Origin: Deltaproteobacteria bacterium
Lineage (GTDB): Bacteria > Myxococcota_A > Polyangia > Polyangiales > Houyiibacteriaceae
Direction: 5' to 3'
Assembly (NCBI GenBank): GCA_034670305.1
Contig: JAXMNT010000090.1
Location: 1-15,068, forward strand
Length of the DNA stretch: 15,068 nucleotides
A program made the position numbers and the translations under genes. The notes under the pieces are model-generated. The model had not been told where the DNA came from. It saw only the letters and a program-made list of their open reading frames with translations, and made no database searches. Position 1 is the stretch's first letter. Each line of letters opens with the position of its first letter. Below are positions 13,036 through 15,068 of this stretch, piece after piece.

Positions 13036-14949
13036 ATGCGCGCTCTTCTTCTCTTCGGTCTGTCTGTCTCTCTGATCGCCTGCGGAGACGACGACTCTGC
13101 CGGAGGCGACGACGCTGGCGGAGGCGAAGACTCGGGCGCCGTCCTCTGCCGCGCCGACGTGGACTGCTCCGACGCGGTCTACTGCAACGGAGTCGAAGTC
13201 TGCGCGCCATCTGCCGCGGGCGCGGACGAGCGCGGCTGCGTGAACCCCGGCGCGCCCTGCACCGAACCGGGCCGCAGCTGCGACGAGCTCGGTCGACGCT
13301 GTTTCACCGAATGCGAAGTCTCCGGCGATGCCGACGGAGACGGAGTGGACTCCGAAGACTGCGGCGGAGGCGATTGCGACGACGGCAACCCGAACCGCTT
13401 CCCAGGCAACGAAGAGGTCTGTGACGAGGCGGGGCTCGACGAGGACTGCGACCCGCGCACGCTCGGCGGTGTGGACGACGACGGCGACGGACACATCGCC
13501 TCCATGTGCTGCAACGGAGAGGTCTGCGGTACCGACTGCGACGACATGAGCGCTGGCACGTTCGTCGGCGCGATCGAAGTCTGCAACGGCCTCGACGACG
13601 ACTGCGACGGCACAATCGACGAAGGCCTTCCGGTAGAGGCCTACCTGCCCGATTGCGACCGCGACAACTTCGGCGCCGACGACGGCGAAGCGGTCATGGG
13701 TTGCTCCGTTCCAGGCGATCCACCAGCGTGTGATCTCGGGGTGTGGGTGGTCGGCACCGGGGACTGCAACGACGGCGACGCCAACATCAACCCAGGCAAC
13801 CCCGAGGTCTGCAACAACGTCGACGACAACTGCGACGACACCGTGGACAACATGGGCGCGGGTGGGGCCTTCGTCTGCGAAGCCGGCGAGGAGATGGCCT
13901 GCACGAACGGTTGCGGCGTCTCCGGCAGAACGCTCTGCATGGGATGCACCGCGTTCGCCGAGTGCACTTCGGACGAGATCTGCAACCACTGCGACGACGA
14001 CAACGACGGCAACTTCAACGAAGAGCGCGAGCTCTCGACGGGGACCGACGCGCCCATCTTGTTCTGCGGGACGCAGGCGGGCGTGGGCGACTGCAGCCCG
14101 GTTTCGGGGGGTTCGGATTCGATGTTGTTCGTCGCGACCGTGCTGGACGGCACGAGCAACGACAGCGCCGGAGCCGTCTGGCTCAACCTCGTGGATGTGG
14201 CTGGCATGGCGGTGGACCCGGCGATGGGCTGGGGAACGATCGAGTTCGACGTCGTGCTCGAAGCGACCGCGGTTCCAAATGGCGAGACCGACGCGGAGTC
14301 TCCGCTCGGCGGGTGGGCAGTGGTGTTCGCGCGGGAAGGCGGCGAGGGGGTCGGGACACCCGAAGATCGGGGCGTTCCACGCGACCTCGTTGGCGGATCG
14401 GTGAACTGGTACTGGTCCTACCTGTACATGGACTCTCCGCCCGGCACCTTCGACCAGACCCGCTACCACTCCCACCGTGGCGTGGGCGGCGGCACGCCCA
14501 TCCGGGCCGATGGAACCGGTCCGAACTGGAACCTCGACGATGGAGAGTTGCTCGCGGGCGGCTCCACCGGGTTCGATGGGCAGACGACAGCAGTCGCCCA
14601 ACACCTTCGCATTCGCTACACACCGGACGATCCGATCACGATCGCGAACGAAGAACGCGTCGAGGTCACCGCTTCCACGGACGGGGGCAACAGGGTCTCT
14701 GTGTATGCCGCCGCGATGCCAGACGGTTCGCCAGACCCGGCCAACGACCTCCCGGTGGGCGCCCCCCTCGTCATCGGATTCACCGCGGGCACGTACACGG
14801 ATTCTGGGTTCACCGGGCCGCCGCCTGGGTTCACCTTCGGCGTACCCGTTCGTGCAACCGTCGAACTGAGCCGAATCCGGACCGACGTCAGTCCTGTGGA
14901 GTACAGCTCGGCCAACGCCTCCCTCACCCGCGGCGGCATCTGCCCCTAG
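13036..14949 (+). CDS. Cys/Asp-repeat (MopE-related putative metal-binding motif) lipoprotein with possible C-terminal L-type lectin-like domain
   Basis: ATG at 13036; lipobox LIA-C; repeated DCDD...PG.xEVC...DxDCD motifs; C-terminal SAGAVW...IEFDV...GGWAVVF pattern reminiscent of L-type lectins. TAG stop lies in the CTAG at 14946-14949. Confidence 0.85.
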   Translation: MRALLLFGLSVSLIACGDDDSAGGDDAGGGEDSGAVLCRADVDCSDAVYCNGVEVCAPSAAGADERGCVNPGAPCTEPGRSCDELGRRCFTECEVSGDADGDGVDSEDCGGGDCDDGNPNRFPGNEEVCDEAGLDEDCDPRTLGGVDDDGDGHIASMCCNGEVCGTDCDDMSAGTFVGAIEVCNGLDDDCDGTIDEGLPVEAYLPDCDRDNFGADDGEAVMGCSVPGDPPACDLGVWVVGTGDCNDGDANINPGNPEVCNNVDDNCDDTVDNMGAGGAFVCEAGEEMACTNGCGVSGRTLCMGCTAFAECTSDEICNHCDDDNDGNFNEERELSTGTDAPILFCGTQAGVGDCSPVSGGSDSMLFVATVLDGTSNDSAGAVWLNLVDVAGMAVDPAMGWGTIEFDVVLEATAVPNGETDAESPLGGWAVVFAREGGEGVGTPEDRGVPRDLVGGSVNWYWSYLYMDSPPGTFDQTRYHSHRGVGGGTPIRADGTGPNWNLDDGELLAGGSTGFDGQTTAVAQHLRIRYTPDDPITIANEERVEVTASTDGGNRVSVYAAAMPDGSPDPANDLPVGAPLVIGFTAGTYTDSGFTGPPPGFTFGVPVRATVELSRIRTDVSPVEYSSANASLTRGGICP

Positions 14950-15067
14950 CAGGTTGCTGAAGAACGCCCGCAGGGCGTTCTCGCAGCCTGCCCCTTGCCC
15001 CTGCCCTTGCCTTTGCCCTTGCCCGCGGATCAGCGGTCAGATCGCTTGATCAGCGCGACGAGCATCG
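14946..15067. repeat. Right copy of the perfect 122-bp inverted repeat (partner 1-122)
   Basis: CTAG, then CAGGTTGCTGAAGAACGCCC-GCA-GGGCGTTCTCGCAGCCTG (14950-14990), then CCCTTG hexamers (14988-15024); exact reverse complement of 1-122. Confidence 0.95.
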
Positions 15068-15068
15068 C
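15030..15068 (-). CDS. Truncated 3' end of a gene (...AMLVALIKRSDR*), identical copy of the stub at 1-38
   Basis: Reverse strand reads GCG ATG CTC GTC GCG CTG ATC AAG CGA TCT GAC CGC TGA. Confidence 0.4.
   Translation of the reverse strand, partial: AMLVALIKRSDR

Noticed and set aside
12776-13075. Short ORFs with RTRTRT / HVHVHV tracts
   Set aside because: Translations of the intergenic hexamer repeat; no evidence of coding.
9441-14604. Long antisense ORFs (9441-11156, 11029-12984, 12997-14604; likewise 6213-7796, 8567-9958)
   Set aside because: Shadow frames opposite well-supported genes in GC-rich DNA, with no recognisable motifs.
1-15068. Linear plasmid/phage or self-contained transposon defined by terminal inverted repeats
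   Set aside because: No replication, terminal-protein, capsid, integrase or transposase gene inside; the cargo is ordinary chromosomal-type genes. Two copies of a dispersed element are more parsimonious.

Overview
GC-rich bacterial DNA that looks like Myxococcota (Polyangiales-like), judged from Cys-rich lipoproteins, DAG repeats and the ECF/anti-sigma type. It holds 12 credible CDSs: a vWA lipoprotein, a small winged-helix protein, a parvulin PPIase lipoprotein, a Fam20C/Four-jointed-like kinase lipoprotein, a five-gene cluster (secreted beta-rich protein, ECF sigma, anti-sigma-like protein, CxxCH/TolB-like lipoprotein, DUF2341/LamG lipoprotein), an ALDH plus GMC oxidoreductase pair, and a Cys/Asp-repeat lectin-like lipoprotein. 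The most unusual feature is that the two window ends are a perfect 122-bp inverted repeat. Each copy begins at a CTAG containing the TAG stop of the flanking gene and carries an IS-like palindromic end, a GGGCAA hexamer tract and what looks like the 3' end of a four-helix-bundle gene. An element of similar layout but different sequence lies at 12749-12948. Other highlights are the secretory-pathway-type kinase next to an S-x-E-rich lipoprotein, REP-like GNA-triloop hairpin repeats, and apparent leaderless promoters. No rRNA, tRNA, CRISPR, transposase or reverse transcriptase was seen.
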